This document shows positions 1 to 8,212 of a DNA stretch of 38,539 bases, one piece after another. The position numbers were made by a program, and so were the translations under genes. Under the pieces are notes generated by a model. That model was given only the letters and a program-made list of their open reading frames with translations. It did no database searches and was not told where the DNA came from. How positions within the stretch are numbered: position 1 is the first letter of the stretch; each line of letters begins with the position of its first letter. The stretch comes from Pseudomonadota bacterium (GTDB lineage: Bacteria; Bdellovibrionota_F; JAHFAK01; JBDREC01), in contig JBDREC010000033.1 of the NCBI GenBank assembly GCA_043820105.1, positions 1-38,539 on the forward strand, written 5' to 3'.

Positions 1-215
1 TTATATTATATATTTAAATAAATTATATAGTAGTAGTAGTAATTCTGTTTATATGTGGATAAATGCCTAACTACTTTATATAATATAATAATTTAAAAAA
101 CTCCCTGTTGATAAAAATTTATTTATAAACAGTTACAAAATATTTTCAATTAATTCACAAAAAATTCACAAATATGATACAATTTATTAACATACTTATC
201 AACATGTTTTAAACA
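1..215 (-). other. oriC: Chromosomal replication origin (oriC), dnaA-downstream unwinding module
   Basis: Minus strand reads TTATCCACA (54-62, perfect DnaA box), TATAAACAG, (TAC)n trios (28-41), then an AT-only tract (1-27). Further near-consensus boxes: TTATCAACA (106-114 minus; 196-204 plus), TTATAAACA (123-131), TTATTAACA (184-192). Directly downstream of dnaA. Confidence 0.9.
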
Positions 216-216
216 A

Positions 217-1554
217 TTACATTTCTATATTTTTCTCTAGTGATTCTAAGGTAAATTGAAGTTGCTTATCTTCTTTCATTTTCCTTTCAATTTTTTGAAG
301 AGCATGAATTACTGTTGAGTGATCTCTTCCGCCAAATGCCCTTCCTATCTCAGGTGTAGATAAACCTATATGTTTTTTTCCAAGATACATTGCAATTTGT
401 CTTGGAAGGGCAATAACTTTTGTACGCTTTGCTGATTTTAAGTCTCCAACTGAAATATTAAAAAAATTGGAAACAACTGATTGTATACTTTCAATAGAAA
501 TAACCTTTCGAGGCATTTTTAAAATATGCGTTAATACCTTCTTAGCCATCTCTATTGTAATTTTTTCATTAGTTAAGGAGGAATATGATTCAAGTCTTAA
601 TAAAGCACCTTCTAATTGTCTTATATTGGATCTTATGCCTTCAGCGATATAAATAGCTACATCATTGGGAAGATCAATATCATCAACCTCAGCCTTCTTT
701 TTCAAAATAGCAATTCTTGTTTCAATTTCAGGAGGTTGGATATCAGCAATTAGTCCCCACTCAAAACGAGATCTTAATCTTTCTTCTAAATAAGGAATTT
801 CAGATGGAAATTTATCAGCTGTTATTACAATTTGTTTTTTTGATTCGTATAATGCATTAAAGGTATGGAAAAATTCCTCTTGTGTCCCTTCCTTGCCACC
901 AAGAAAATGAACGTCATCCATTAATAATACATCGCTGTGAACTCTATATTTTGTCCTGAATTGCTCCATCTTATCATAGCGAATACTTGCTATCATATCA
1001 TTCATAAATCTTTCAGCTGACAAATAACAAATTTTAACATTTGGATTTTTTTTAAAAATTCCATGACCAATAGCATTTAATAAATGTGTTTTTCCAAGTC
1101 CTACACCACCATAAATAAAAAGTGGATTATAATGAGTGCCCGGTTTTTCAGAACAGGAAACACAAGCTGCATGAGCTAAATGGTTTGATGTTCCAACAAT
1201 AAAATTATCAAAAATATATTTATTATCTAAACTGCTAGATATAAATGGATTTTTGACTCTTTTTACTTTCTTTTTTAATGATGCATCTTCAACTGGAGGT
1301 TCAGCTACACTTGTGTTTATCTCAAATTTAATTCTAATTTCATTGCCTGAAATTTCACCAGCTTTTTTTTGTATTAAAGAAAGGTAATGATTTGAAAGCC
1401 AATCTCTGTGGAAAGTTGAAGGAACCTCAAGGGTTAATATGTTTTCTGAAAAGGATGCAAATCTAGCGGGGCTTAACCATGTTGCGAAGTATTGGGAATC
1501 AATTTCCTTTTCAAGCTTATCAACAATTTTTTCCCACAAATTTTGTTCAGTCAT
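217..1554 (-). CDS. dnaA: Chromosomal replication initiator protein DnaA
   Basis: YNPLFIYGGVGLGKTHL Walker A, LLMDDVHF Walker B, TQEEFFHTFN, RLRSRFEWGL, domain IV FGGRDHSTVIHA. Confidence 0.99.
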   Translation of the reverse strand: MTEQNLWEKIVDKLEKEIDSQYFATWLSPARFASFSENILTLEVPSTFHRDWLSNHYLSLIQKKAGEISGNEIRIKFEINTSVAEPPVEDASLKKKVKRVKNPFISSSLDNKYIFDNFIVGTSNHLAHAACVSCSEKPGTHYNPLFIYGGVGLGKTHLLNAIGHGIFKKNPNVKICYLSAERFMNDMIASIRYDKMEQFRTKYRVHSDVLLMDDVHFLGGKEGTQEEFFHTFNALYESKKQIVITADKFPSEIPYLEERLRSRFEWGLIADIQPPEIETRIAILKKKAEVDDIDLPNDVAIYIAEGIRSNIRQLEGALLRLESYSSLTNEKITIEMAKKVLTHILKMPRKVISIESIQSVVSNFFNISVGDLKSAKRTKVIALPRQIAMYLGKKHIGLSTPEIGRAFGGRDHSTVIHALQKIERKMKEDKQLQFTLESLEKNIEM

Positions 1555-1660
1555 TTCTTAGCCAAATATATATTATAAAAGAGATCTATTTAATAAGAAT
1601 TTTATATAGTAAAGTCAAACGAAAGCAGCAAAAACACTAGTTTTTTCAAGAATAGCATCA

Positions 1661-1676
1661 TCGATTCTAGAATCGA
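1661..1676. promoter_or_regulatory. Perfect 16-bp palindrome, candidate regulator/enhancer site
   Basis: TCGATTCTAGAATCGA in the divergent dnaA/comEA intergenic region, about 100 bp upstream of a sigma-54 motif. Confidence 0.4.
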
Positions 1677-1775
1677 AAATGGAAAAAAAGGAGTAAATTT
1701 GTATGAAAAAAATTATAAGAATTTAAGCAATGGAAATTATAGGGATTTATATTTAATTATGAAAAAGAGGAGTTT

Positions 1776-1791
1776 TGGCATTGGACTTGCA
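1776..1791 (+). promoter_or_regulatory. Sigma-54 (-24/-12) promoter for the 66-aa gene and comEA
   Basis: TGGCATTGGACTTGCA: GG-N10-GC, matches TGGCAC-N5-TTGCW; 55 bp before the ATG. Confidence 0.7.
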
Positions 1792-1846
1792 ATGAGAGGG
1801 TTTTGTGTTTGTGATATTCTCAATAATTAATTTATAAGGAGGAAAA

Positions 1847-2047
1847 ATGGCAAGTGCATACAAAGATGTTTTTACAATTATTGAAAAAGGAGAAGGAGAA
1901 AAGTCTTTTTGGGTTAAGGTTGGAGCTGCCTTTACAAACAGAGATGATTCTTTGACTATCTATTTGGATGCTCTTCCTACTAATGGAAGGCTTCAGGTGA
2001 GGGAAAGAAGCTTTAAGAAGAGGGAAGATGGAGGGAAGATGGTTTAG
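1847..2047 (+). CDS. Small uncharacterised protein (66 aa), predicted beta-rich
   Basis: Strong RBS AAGGAGG; motif WVKVGAAFTNRDDSLTIYLDALPTNGRLQVR resembles a small hypothetical family I recall from deltaproteobacterial genomes. Confidence 0.8.
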   Translation: MASAYKDVFTIIEKGEGEKSFWVKVGAAFTNRDDSLTIYLDALPTNGRLQVRERSFKKREDGGKMV

Positions 2048-2186
2048 GTGAGGGGAAGGCAAATATGGTTGTCCTGGGGGTGGTTTAGGATTCCTTTTGT
2101 TTGGTTGAGGGGTGATTGTTGGTGGGGAAAATAATCAATAATCAATAATTAATAATTAATAATTAATTTTAAGAAGGAGTTACACG

Positions 2187-2510
2187 ATGAAAAATTTATT
2201 AACAAAGGTTTTATTGGCAGTATTAATTGTGGCATTTTCAGTTTCAACACTTTTTGCAGCCTATTCAATTACTGGACAGGTGAATTTGAATACAGCTAGC
2301 TTGACTGAGCTGCAACTTGTTCCATATCTCGGAGCAAAAAAAGCTCAAGCAATTATTGAATACAGAACAAATAATAAATTCAATTCAGTAAGTGATATTC
2401 AGAAAGTTAAAGGAATTAGCAAAAAGGTATTTGATAAAGTGAAAGATTATCTTAAAGTTGTTGGGAGCAGTGATATACAAAAGATTAAAGTGAAAAAAGG
2501 AAAAAAATAA
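2187..2510 (+). CDS. comEA: ComEA-family helix-hairpin-helix DNA receptor
   Basis: Signal peptide, VNLNTASLTEL..PYLGAKKAQAIIEYR..F.S..DI.KVKGI HhH motifs, Lys-rich tail; RBS AAGGAG. Confidence 0.92.
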   Translation: MKNLLTKVLLAVLIVAFSVSTLFAAYSITGQVNLNTASLTELQLVPYLGAKKAQAIIEYRTNNKFNSVSDIQKVKGISKKVFDKVKDYLKVVGSSDIQKIKVKKGKK

Positions 2511-2581
2511 TTATATTTTGTTTGAAAAAATAAAGATTTTTGTTATTATTGTTTCAAGACAATCATCCTGGAGATAGGAAA

Positions 2582-2836
2582 ATGACAAAAAGACTAACAT
2601 GGGATCAAATAAGAAAAAAATATCCAGATCAATGGGTTTCATTGGATGATGTTGAATATGATGAAAAGAGAAATATTATTTCTGCCATGGTTTTTATTGC
2701 AAACTCTGAATTGAAAATTGTTACTAGAAAATCCAAAGGCGTATTTTTCAAAAACCATCTTTTTGAATATACAGATTCTATAAATCCCTATGCAGGATTG
2801 CTGAAATGGGGTATTAATGCTCAGCCTGGCAAATAA
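2582..2836 (+). CDS. Small hypothetical protein (DUF5678-like, partner of aspartyl protease)
   Basis: ATG at 2582 after GGAG; LTWDQIRKKYPDQWV motif; overlaps the downstream protease gene by 20 nt. Confidence 0.65.
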   Translation: MTKRLTWDQIRKKYPDQWVSLDDVEYDEKRNIISAMVFIANSELKIVTRKSKGVFFKNHLFEYTDSINPYAGLLKWGINAQPGK

Positions 2837-3214
2837 AAACGATCTTTATTTTACAGAAATCCATATTCCCCATAAAAGACATAATTTATTTGAACCAATC
2901 AGGGTCTTGGTAGACACAGGCGCTGTGCTCACTGTCATTGATCCAAGTATAACATATTATTTCGGCTATTCCGCAAGAGAAGCTGTATCATTATCAAAAC
3001 TAAATGGAGCTGCTGGAAGAAGTGAAGGTTATTCTATTATAGTTAGACAAATTAAATGCTTAGGCCAAAAAATTAATAATTTTGAAATAGCATGCCATGA
3101 TATTAAATCTCATACTGGAATTAGTGGTCTATTGGGCATTAATTTTTTAGACATTTCAAAATTGAGATAGATTTTTATAAAGGTATTGTTAATAATATAC
3201 AGAAAGTTGTTTAA
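2817..3214 (+). pseudogene. Retropepsin-like (clan AA) aspartyl protease with a 3' frameshift
   Basis: LVDTGA catalytic motif and GLLGINFL. The ORF stops at 3170, but adding one base near 3150 gives the family-typical tail RHFKIEIDFYKGIV..* ending at 3214. Confidence 0.75.
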
Positions 3215-3591
3215 TTCGATTGAGGTAGCCGATCAAATTTATCTAATAATAAAAATGGTTCTTCTCTACTTTTAGTTCCTAAACAATAGAGCACCAGTCA
3301 CCAGTCAACTTAATCATAATACAATAGTTTCATATATAGATATTTATTTCAATTTGAAGATAATGGAATAGATAGATTGGTATTGTTTTTTTTAGAGATA
3401 AGACTGAAGAAGAAGAAGAGACAAGATCTAAAGAGACAAGAAAATCTTTTTTTAAATTTCTTTTAGTTGGTACTCAGAAAGGAGAGGATCCAGAAAAATG
3501 AACAGGGTATTTTTTAAAAAATTGAATAAAATATAGGGTAATTTAAGGAGATATTTGAAGAAAATACAAGGATAAATTAATCTTTTCTTTC

Positions 3592-3749
3592 CGTTACCGT
3601 TACCGTGCGCGTTACCGGGCCCGATTAAAAGAAGGTTCAAGTCTATAATATTACATTCGATTATGAAAGATTTGAACTTGGTGATGAATATCAGTTAAGA
3701 CGATGGATGAAGATAATCGGGCTCGGTAACGGTAACGGGCACGGTAACG
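3592..3749. repeat. Hexamer-unit (CGTTAC) 36-bp inverted repeat forming a long hairpin
   Basis: Left arm 3592-3627 and right arm 3714-3749 are reverse complements with shuffled units; inner IR AGGTTCAAGTCT / AGATTTGAACTT. Confidence 0.85.
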
Positions 3750-3916
3750 TTTAATATGGTTGAAAGTGAAATTCAGAAAGTTATTTAAATGATTATGGTC
3801 ATTGTGAAATTGGTTTAGGCTTTCTTTTATTTGGTTGGGGGTTGATTGTTGATGGGTAAAATAATCAATAATTAATAAATAATAATTAATAATTAATTTT
3901 AAGAAGGAGGAACACT

Positions 3917-4240
3917 ATGAAAAAATTATTAACAAAGGTTTTATTGGCGGTTTTGATTGTAGACTTTTCTGTTTCAACACTTTTTGCAGCTTATTCGAAT
4001 ACTGGACAGGTGAATTTGAATAGAGCTAGTTTGAGTGAGCTTCAGCTTGTTCCATATCTCGGAGCAGAAAAAGCTTAATCAATTATTGAATACAGAAGAG
4101 ATAATGAATTCAATTTAGCAAATGATATTCAGCAAATTAATGGAATTTGCATAAAGGTATATGATAAAATAAAATCATATCTTAAAATTGTTGGTAGCAG
4201 TTATATACAAAAAATTAAAGCCAAAAAGACAAAGAAATAA
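3917..4240 (+). pseudogene. comEA: Second comEA copy with an in-frame nonsense codon
   Basis: Colinear with 2187-2510 (offset 1730); CAA to TAA at 4076-4078 (codon 54); frame otherwise open to TAA at 4240; about 100 bp of upstream sequence also duplicated. Confidence 0.92.
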
Positions 4241-4255
4241 ATACTATGTAATTAA

Positions 4256-4468
4256 TTATTTCAAATCTTTAGATTGTGCTGTTAATTCACTTGTAATTTT
4301 GTCGCCCATACCTGCAACACCGCCTTTAACTTTTTGCATTAGATCACTATTTAGCATTGAATATGCAAAAATACTAACTCCACCAACGATCAAAGCGTAT
4401 TCTATCGCAGTTTGACCTTTTCTTGATTTTCTTAATCTTCTAAAAAACTTATTTAATCTAACTAACAT
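4256..4468 (-). CDS. flp: Flp/Tad pilin
   Basis: Basic leader, class III cleavage KG|QTAIEYALI with Flp E5-Y6 motif, hydrophobic helix, short mature chain; RBS GGAGG. Confidence 0.9.
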   Translation of the reverse strand: MLVRLNKFFRRLRKSRKGQTAIEYALIVGGVSIFAYSMLNSDLMQKVKGGVAGMGDKITSELTAQSKDLK

Positions 4469-4529
4469 TTTTACCTCCTAAAACCTTGAAAGTTAATTTT
4501 TTATTCTTAATTATTTATTTAATCTTTAT

Positions 4530-4545
4530 TGCATCAAGTGTGCCA
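4530..4545 (-). promoter_or_regulatory. Sigma-54 promoter of flp
   Basis: Minus strand TGGCACACTTGATGCA, GG-N10-GC, about 60 bp upstream of the start. Confidence 0.7.
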
Positions 4546-4816
4546 AATGGAAAAAACAAGATAATTTGGAAAATATTCAATATTGTTAAGGTGTTAGCAA
4601 GAAGGAACAAGAAGTTTTATTTTTTTATTTTCAATAATATGCTGAAAAAATGATTAATTCTGTATTTAATTAAATAATAGAGGAGAAAAAAAGCTCATAT
4701 TATAAAAAGTTTTAATTGTAGTGTTATGGTTAATTTTAGATATTAGTTTATTATTGAAAATAATTATATGTTTTTTAAATACTTAATTGTTTTAACAAAA
4801 TAATTTTTGAGAATTA

Positions 4817-5044
4817 TTATGGGGCAGGATCTGAGGCAGTAGCTGTTGGGCCAGCAGTTGCAGTTGCATCACCAGATCCATCGCCCACAGTAGGTGCTAC
4901 ATCAGCATCACCATCAGTACTATCGCCTGTTGGACAGTCTGTTACGCCAGTTCCATCTTCAGCAGGTGGATCTGCACAAAATGCTGGTAAAGAAAAACCT
5001 AATACAAATACGAAAATTGATAAGATTACTAGTAATTTTTTCAT
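4817..5044 (-). CDS. Small secreted acidic low-complexity protein (75 aa)
   Basis: RBS GGAGG; Sec signal MKKLLVILSIFVFVLGFSLPAFC; mature part D/G/T/A/P-rich with no Lys or Arg. Confidence 0.8.
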   Translation of the reverse strand: MKKLLVILSIFVFVLGFSLPAFCADPPAEDGTGVTDCPTGDSTDGDADVAPTVGDGSGDATATAGPTATASDPAP

Positions 5045-5104
5045 TTTGAACCTCCAGTTCTCATTTTATTGTTATATAACTTATTATTCTTACTAACCTT
5101 ATTG

Positions 5105-5120
5105 AGCAAAAATAATGCCA
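5105..5120 (-). promoter_or_regulatory. Sigma-54 promoter of the 75-aa secreted protein
   Basis: Minus strand TGGCATTATTTTTGCT, GG-N10-GC, 60 bp upstream of the start; palindrome GCTGGAA-N6-TTCCAGC at 5168-5187 further upstream. Confidence 0.7.
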
Positions 5121-5293
5121 TTTGTTAAATTTATTATAACATACTGTTTTTTAAAATACAATAGTTTGCTGGAATTTTTTTTCCAGCTTTAAAAAGGTAC
5201 GTTTTTTTGGTATGTTACGTTAAAAAGCTTAAATTTAGCACTGTTTTTTTGATTTAGGGTGGCTATTGTTATGCTTTTCAGCTTTTCTCTTTC

Positions 5294-5387
5294 ATTAATT
5301 ATTATTTATTAATTATTGGTTATTAATTCTTTTCTTGGCTTCTTCCAAATAACCAATAATTAATAAATAATAATTAATAATTAATTT
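5294..5387. repeat. AT-rich heptamer-based perfect 31-bp inverted repeat
   Basis: Arms 5294-5324 and 5348-5378 with a 23-nt spacer, directly after the thiolase stop codon. Confidence 0.9.
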
Positions 5388-5391
5388 ATCT

Positions 5392-6783
5392 TTACGGCCG
5401 TTTTAGGATTAAGGTCCCGCCCAAACCACCACCTGCACAAGACGTTGCCAAGGCATACTTTGCCTCTGGGTTTTCATCAAATCTGGTGAAAATGTTTGTA
5501 ATTAAACGGAAAAATGTTGCTCCTAAAGGATGCCTGTAAAACAGGGTTCCGCCTAAGGTGTTCATTTTTGACTCATCCCACTTAATTCCAAATTCTTTTT
5601 CTGACTGAGACATACAAGCAAGGACTGTGGCTGCAAAAGGCTCATGAATTTCTATAATATCAATATCTTCCATTTTTAAATTGGCATTTTCCAGGGCTTT
5701 TACTGTGGAATATAAGGGGCCAATTCCCATTACTGCTGGGTGAACTCCTGAATAAGCCCATGAAACTATTTCGGCTTTTATGTTTAGACCCTCTTTTTTT
5801 GCCATTTCTTCTGTGGTAACAATCGCTGAAGATGCGCCATCTGCATTTCCGCAACTTGACCATAAGGTAACAGATGGATCTATCTTATCTCTTTGAAATC
5901 CCAGGCTTTTCATAACTTCAGCATGCTTTTTATAAAACATGTCAGGGGTTAGCCAGGCTGCGCCTTCATTTATAAAGGGTTTTTTGCTTGTAAAGAATTC
6001 TTCACCTTTTTTTAGCCATTTTTGCCTTTTTAATGGATATTCATCGCGATGCAGGTCATTGCCATCTTTATCTTTTAGGGACATAACATAATTATCAAGT
6101 TTGCCCGCTTCAATTGCTTCAATCGACTTTTTTAGGCAACCATAAGAATATAAATCCTGACTTTCCTTTGATACATTATATATATTAGCGATTATTTCAG
6201 CGCATTCTGCCATGGACATATCGCTTTGTCTGTCTGTTAAGCTTTCTACAATGCAGTTCAATACATTACTATTAAAGCCGGTTTCTTCATCAATTGCATT
6301 ATTATCCACAAATTCTTTATATTTTTCCTCAAAGCCTTCTTTTCCATAAGCTGAGGTCATTCCAAGTAAGGCTGAGTTATATGCATCTAGATTAGTGATT
6401 CTTCCTCCAAACTGACTCATGCCTTCAACTGCTGAAGAAATATAAAGGTCACCATCAAATGGAGATAAAACTTTATGAACACTTCTTAAAATGGATTCAA
6501 GCCCTGAAACACAATTTAATTGCACAGAAGAATCAGTAGATGTATTTGGAATTCCAGCGGATTGAGCACCAATTCTAGCTATATTCATATTTGCTGTTCC
6601 TTGATTACAGCAGCCTGTTATAACAGATTCAATTTTATTTGCATCAACACCTGAGCGAGCCACAATTTCTTTTAAAGTTTCAGTTAATAAATCAACAGCT
6701 GTGTAATTGCTTAGGCTGCCTCCTTCAAATCCCCAAGGTGTTCTAACAATATCACCAATAACAATTTTCTTTCCATTGATCAT
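5392..6783 (-). CDS. Thiolase-family protein, divergent (HEPF variant)
   Basis: RTPWG, NCVSG nucleophile, EIHEPFAA, RHPLGAT, SCAGGGLG; start 6783 chosen from the GGAGG RBS. Confidence 0.92.
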   Translation of the reverse strand: MINGKKIVIGDIVRTPWGFEGGSLSNYTAVDLLTETLKEIVARSGVDANKIESVITGCCNQGTANMNIARIGAQSAGIPNTSTDSSVQLNCVSGLESILRSVHKVLSPFDGDLYISSAVEGMSQFGGRITNLDAYNSALLGMTSAYGKEGFEEKYKEFVDNNAIDEETGFNSNVLNCIVESLTDRQSDMSMAECAEIIANIYNVSKESQDLYSYGCLKKSIEAIEAGKLDNYVMSLKDKDGNDLHRDEYPLKRQKWLKKGEEFFTSKKPFINEGAAWLTPDMFYKKHAEVMKSLGFQRDKIDPSVTLWSSCGNADGASSAIVTTEEMAKKEGLNIKAEIVSWAYSGVHPAVMGIGPLYSTVKALENANLKMEDIDIIEIHEPFAATVLACMSQSEKEFGIKWDESKMNTLGGTLFYRHPLGATFFRLITNIFTRFDENPEAKYALATSCAGGGLGGTLILKRP

Positions 6784-6878
6784 TTTGTTCCTCCACAAAA
6801 AGTTTTGAGTACATTTTAATTTATATATATACTGAATCAAATTCAGAATATTTTTTCTTATAACTTACGACATACGAC

Positions 6879-8096
6879 TTACGACTTACCACTGACTTCA
6901 ACTGCCATTGCTATGGCGTCACCCCCACCCAAGCAAATTGAAACAAGCCCCTTTTTCAAATTCCTATCTTTTAAAGCATGAATCAATGTTACCAGCCTCA
7001 CTGCTCCTGCTGCTCCAATTGGATGACCCTGTGCTACGCAATCTCCTTTTACATTAACTTTTTTTAAATCGTAATTTAATTCTTTTGCTAATATTAAAGT
7101 TTGCACTCCAAAAGAAGCATTAGATTCTATTAAGTCGAAATCTTGGATTTTATGATTAATTTTTGCAAGTAATTTATTCACGGCATCTATTGGTGCTATC
7201 AAAAAATCAGCTACTGGCGCTGAGCCATCTGCATATCCAATAACTTTTGCTATTGGTTTTAATCCAAGGCTAATAGCTTTTTCATATTTCATTAATAAAA
7301 AACAAGCAGAAGCATCTGCAAACATTGGTGAGTTATAAGGGCTTACAAACATGCCTTCAGGATTATATCTTGTATTTCTTTTTTTATTTATTCTTTCAAA
7401 GGTAATTATTCTTGGAAGTTCATCTTTATCAAACTCATCTATCCTTACGACCTCATTTTTAAAAGCACCTTTATCATAAGAAGCATTAGCTTTTTCATGG
7501 CTTTCAAAAGCTGCCATATCAATTTGCTTCTTAAATTCCTCTGGATCTAAATTATATTTTTTAGCATGTTTGCCCGCAGAATTTTCAGCGTGATAAATAA
7601 TATGCTTATTTGAAATTGGACAAAAAGAAGCATCACTTGTAACAAAATCTAAAACTTGGGGATCTTTTTGCAAACATTTATCAGCCTTGTTAAAGGTTTC
7701 TTCATCAACAAATAAATCAGGAACATTTGATAGGCTTTCCATGCCTCCTGCAATTATAATTTCCTTATCATTGCTTTTGATGCAGTTTACTGCCAAGGCA
7801 ACTGCTTTTAAACCAGAACCACAATTTTTTCCAATTGTAAAAGAAGGTGTGTTTGGCAAGCCAGAAGCAATTGCAACTTGTCTTCCAGGATGCTGCTTTT
7901 CCCCAGCTGTTAATACATTCCCAATAATAAGCTCATCAATTTTCGCCGGATCAATTTTAGTATTATTAAGGATTTCTGAAATAACAAAACCTGCGAGTTT
8001 TGGAGCAGGGTACTTTGCCAAAAAACCTCCAGTTTTGCCTATTGGGGTTCTTAGGGCTGAGATAAAGACGATATCTTCGTTATTATATTGAGTCAT
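6879..8096 (-). CDS. Thiolase-family protein, divergent (NASF variant)
   Basis: RTPIG, NCGSG, AGGMESLS, ESNASF in place of NEAF, GHPIGAAG, ICLGGG. Confidence 0.93.
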   Translation of the reverse strand: MTQYNNEDIVFISALRTPIGKTGGFLAKYPAPKLAGFVISEILNNTKIDPAKIDELIIGNVLTAGEKQHPGRQVAIASGLPNTPSFTIGKNCGSGLKAVALAVNCIKSNDKEIIIAGGMESLSNVPDLFVDEETFNKADKCLQKDPQVLDFVTSDASFCPISNKHIIYHAENSAGKHAKKYNLDPEEFKKQIDMAAFESHEKANASYDKGAFKNEVVRIDEFDKDELPRIITFERINKKRNTRYNPEGMFVSPYNSPMFADASACFLLMKYEKAISLGLKPIAKVIGYADGSAPVADFLIAPIDAVNKLLAKINHKIQDFDLIESNASFGVQTLILAKELNYDLKKVNVKGDCVAQGHPIGAAGAVRLVTLIHALKDRNLKKGLVSICLGGGDAIAMAVEVSGKS

Positions 8097-8110
8097 ACCT
8101 TTTCTCTTCC

Positions 8111-8212
8111 ATTAATTATTATTTATTAATTATTACTTATTAATTATTTTGCACAACCGAGCCGAATAATCAAATAACCAATAATTAATAAATAATAATT
8201 AATAATTAATTT
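8111..8212. repeat. Second copy of the AT-rich heptamer palindrome
   Basis: 8171-8212 is identical over 42 nt to 5346-5387; left arm 8111-8134 is complementary to 8180-8203. Confidence 0.9.

Noticed and set aside
3452-3640. 62-aa ORF with GNGNG repeats
   Set aside because: Product of the hexamer repeat; no RBS or recognisable domain.
3650-3715. TFDYERFEL peptide inside the hairpin as a four-helix-bundle gene remnant
   Set aside because: Too short, no start codon or RBS, and the bases are explained by the inner stem.
4188-4415. 75-aa + strand ORF
   Set aside because: Antisense to flp and overlaps the comEA pseudogene.
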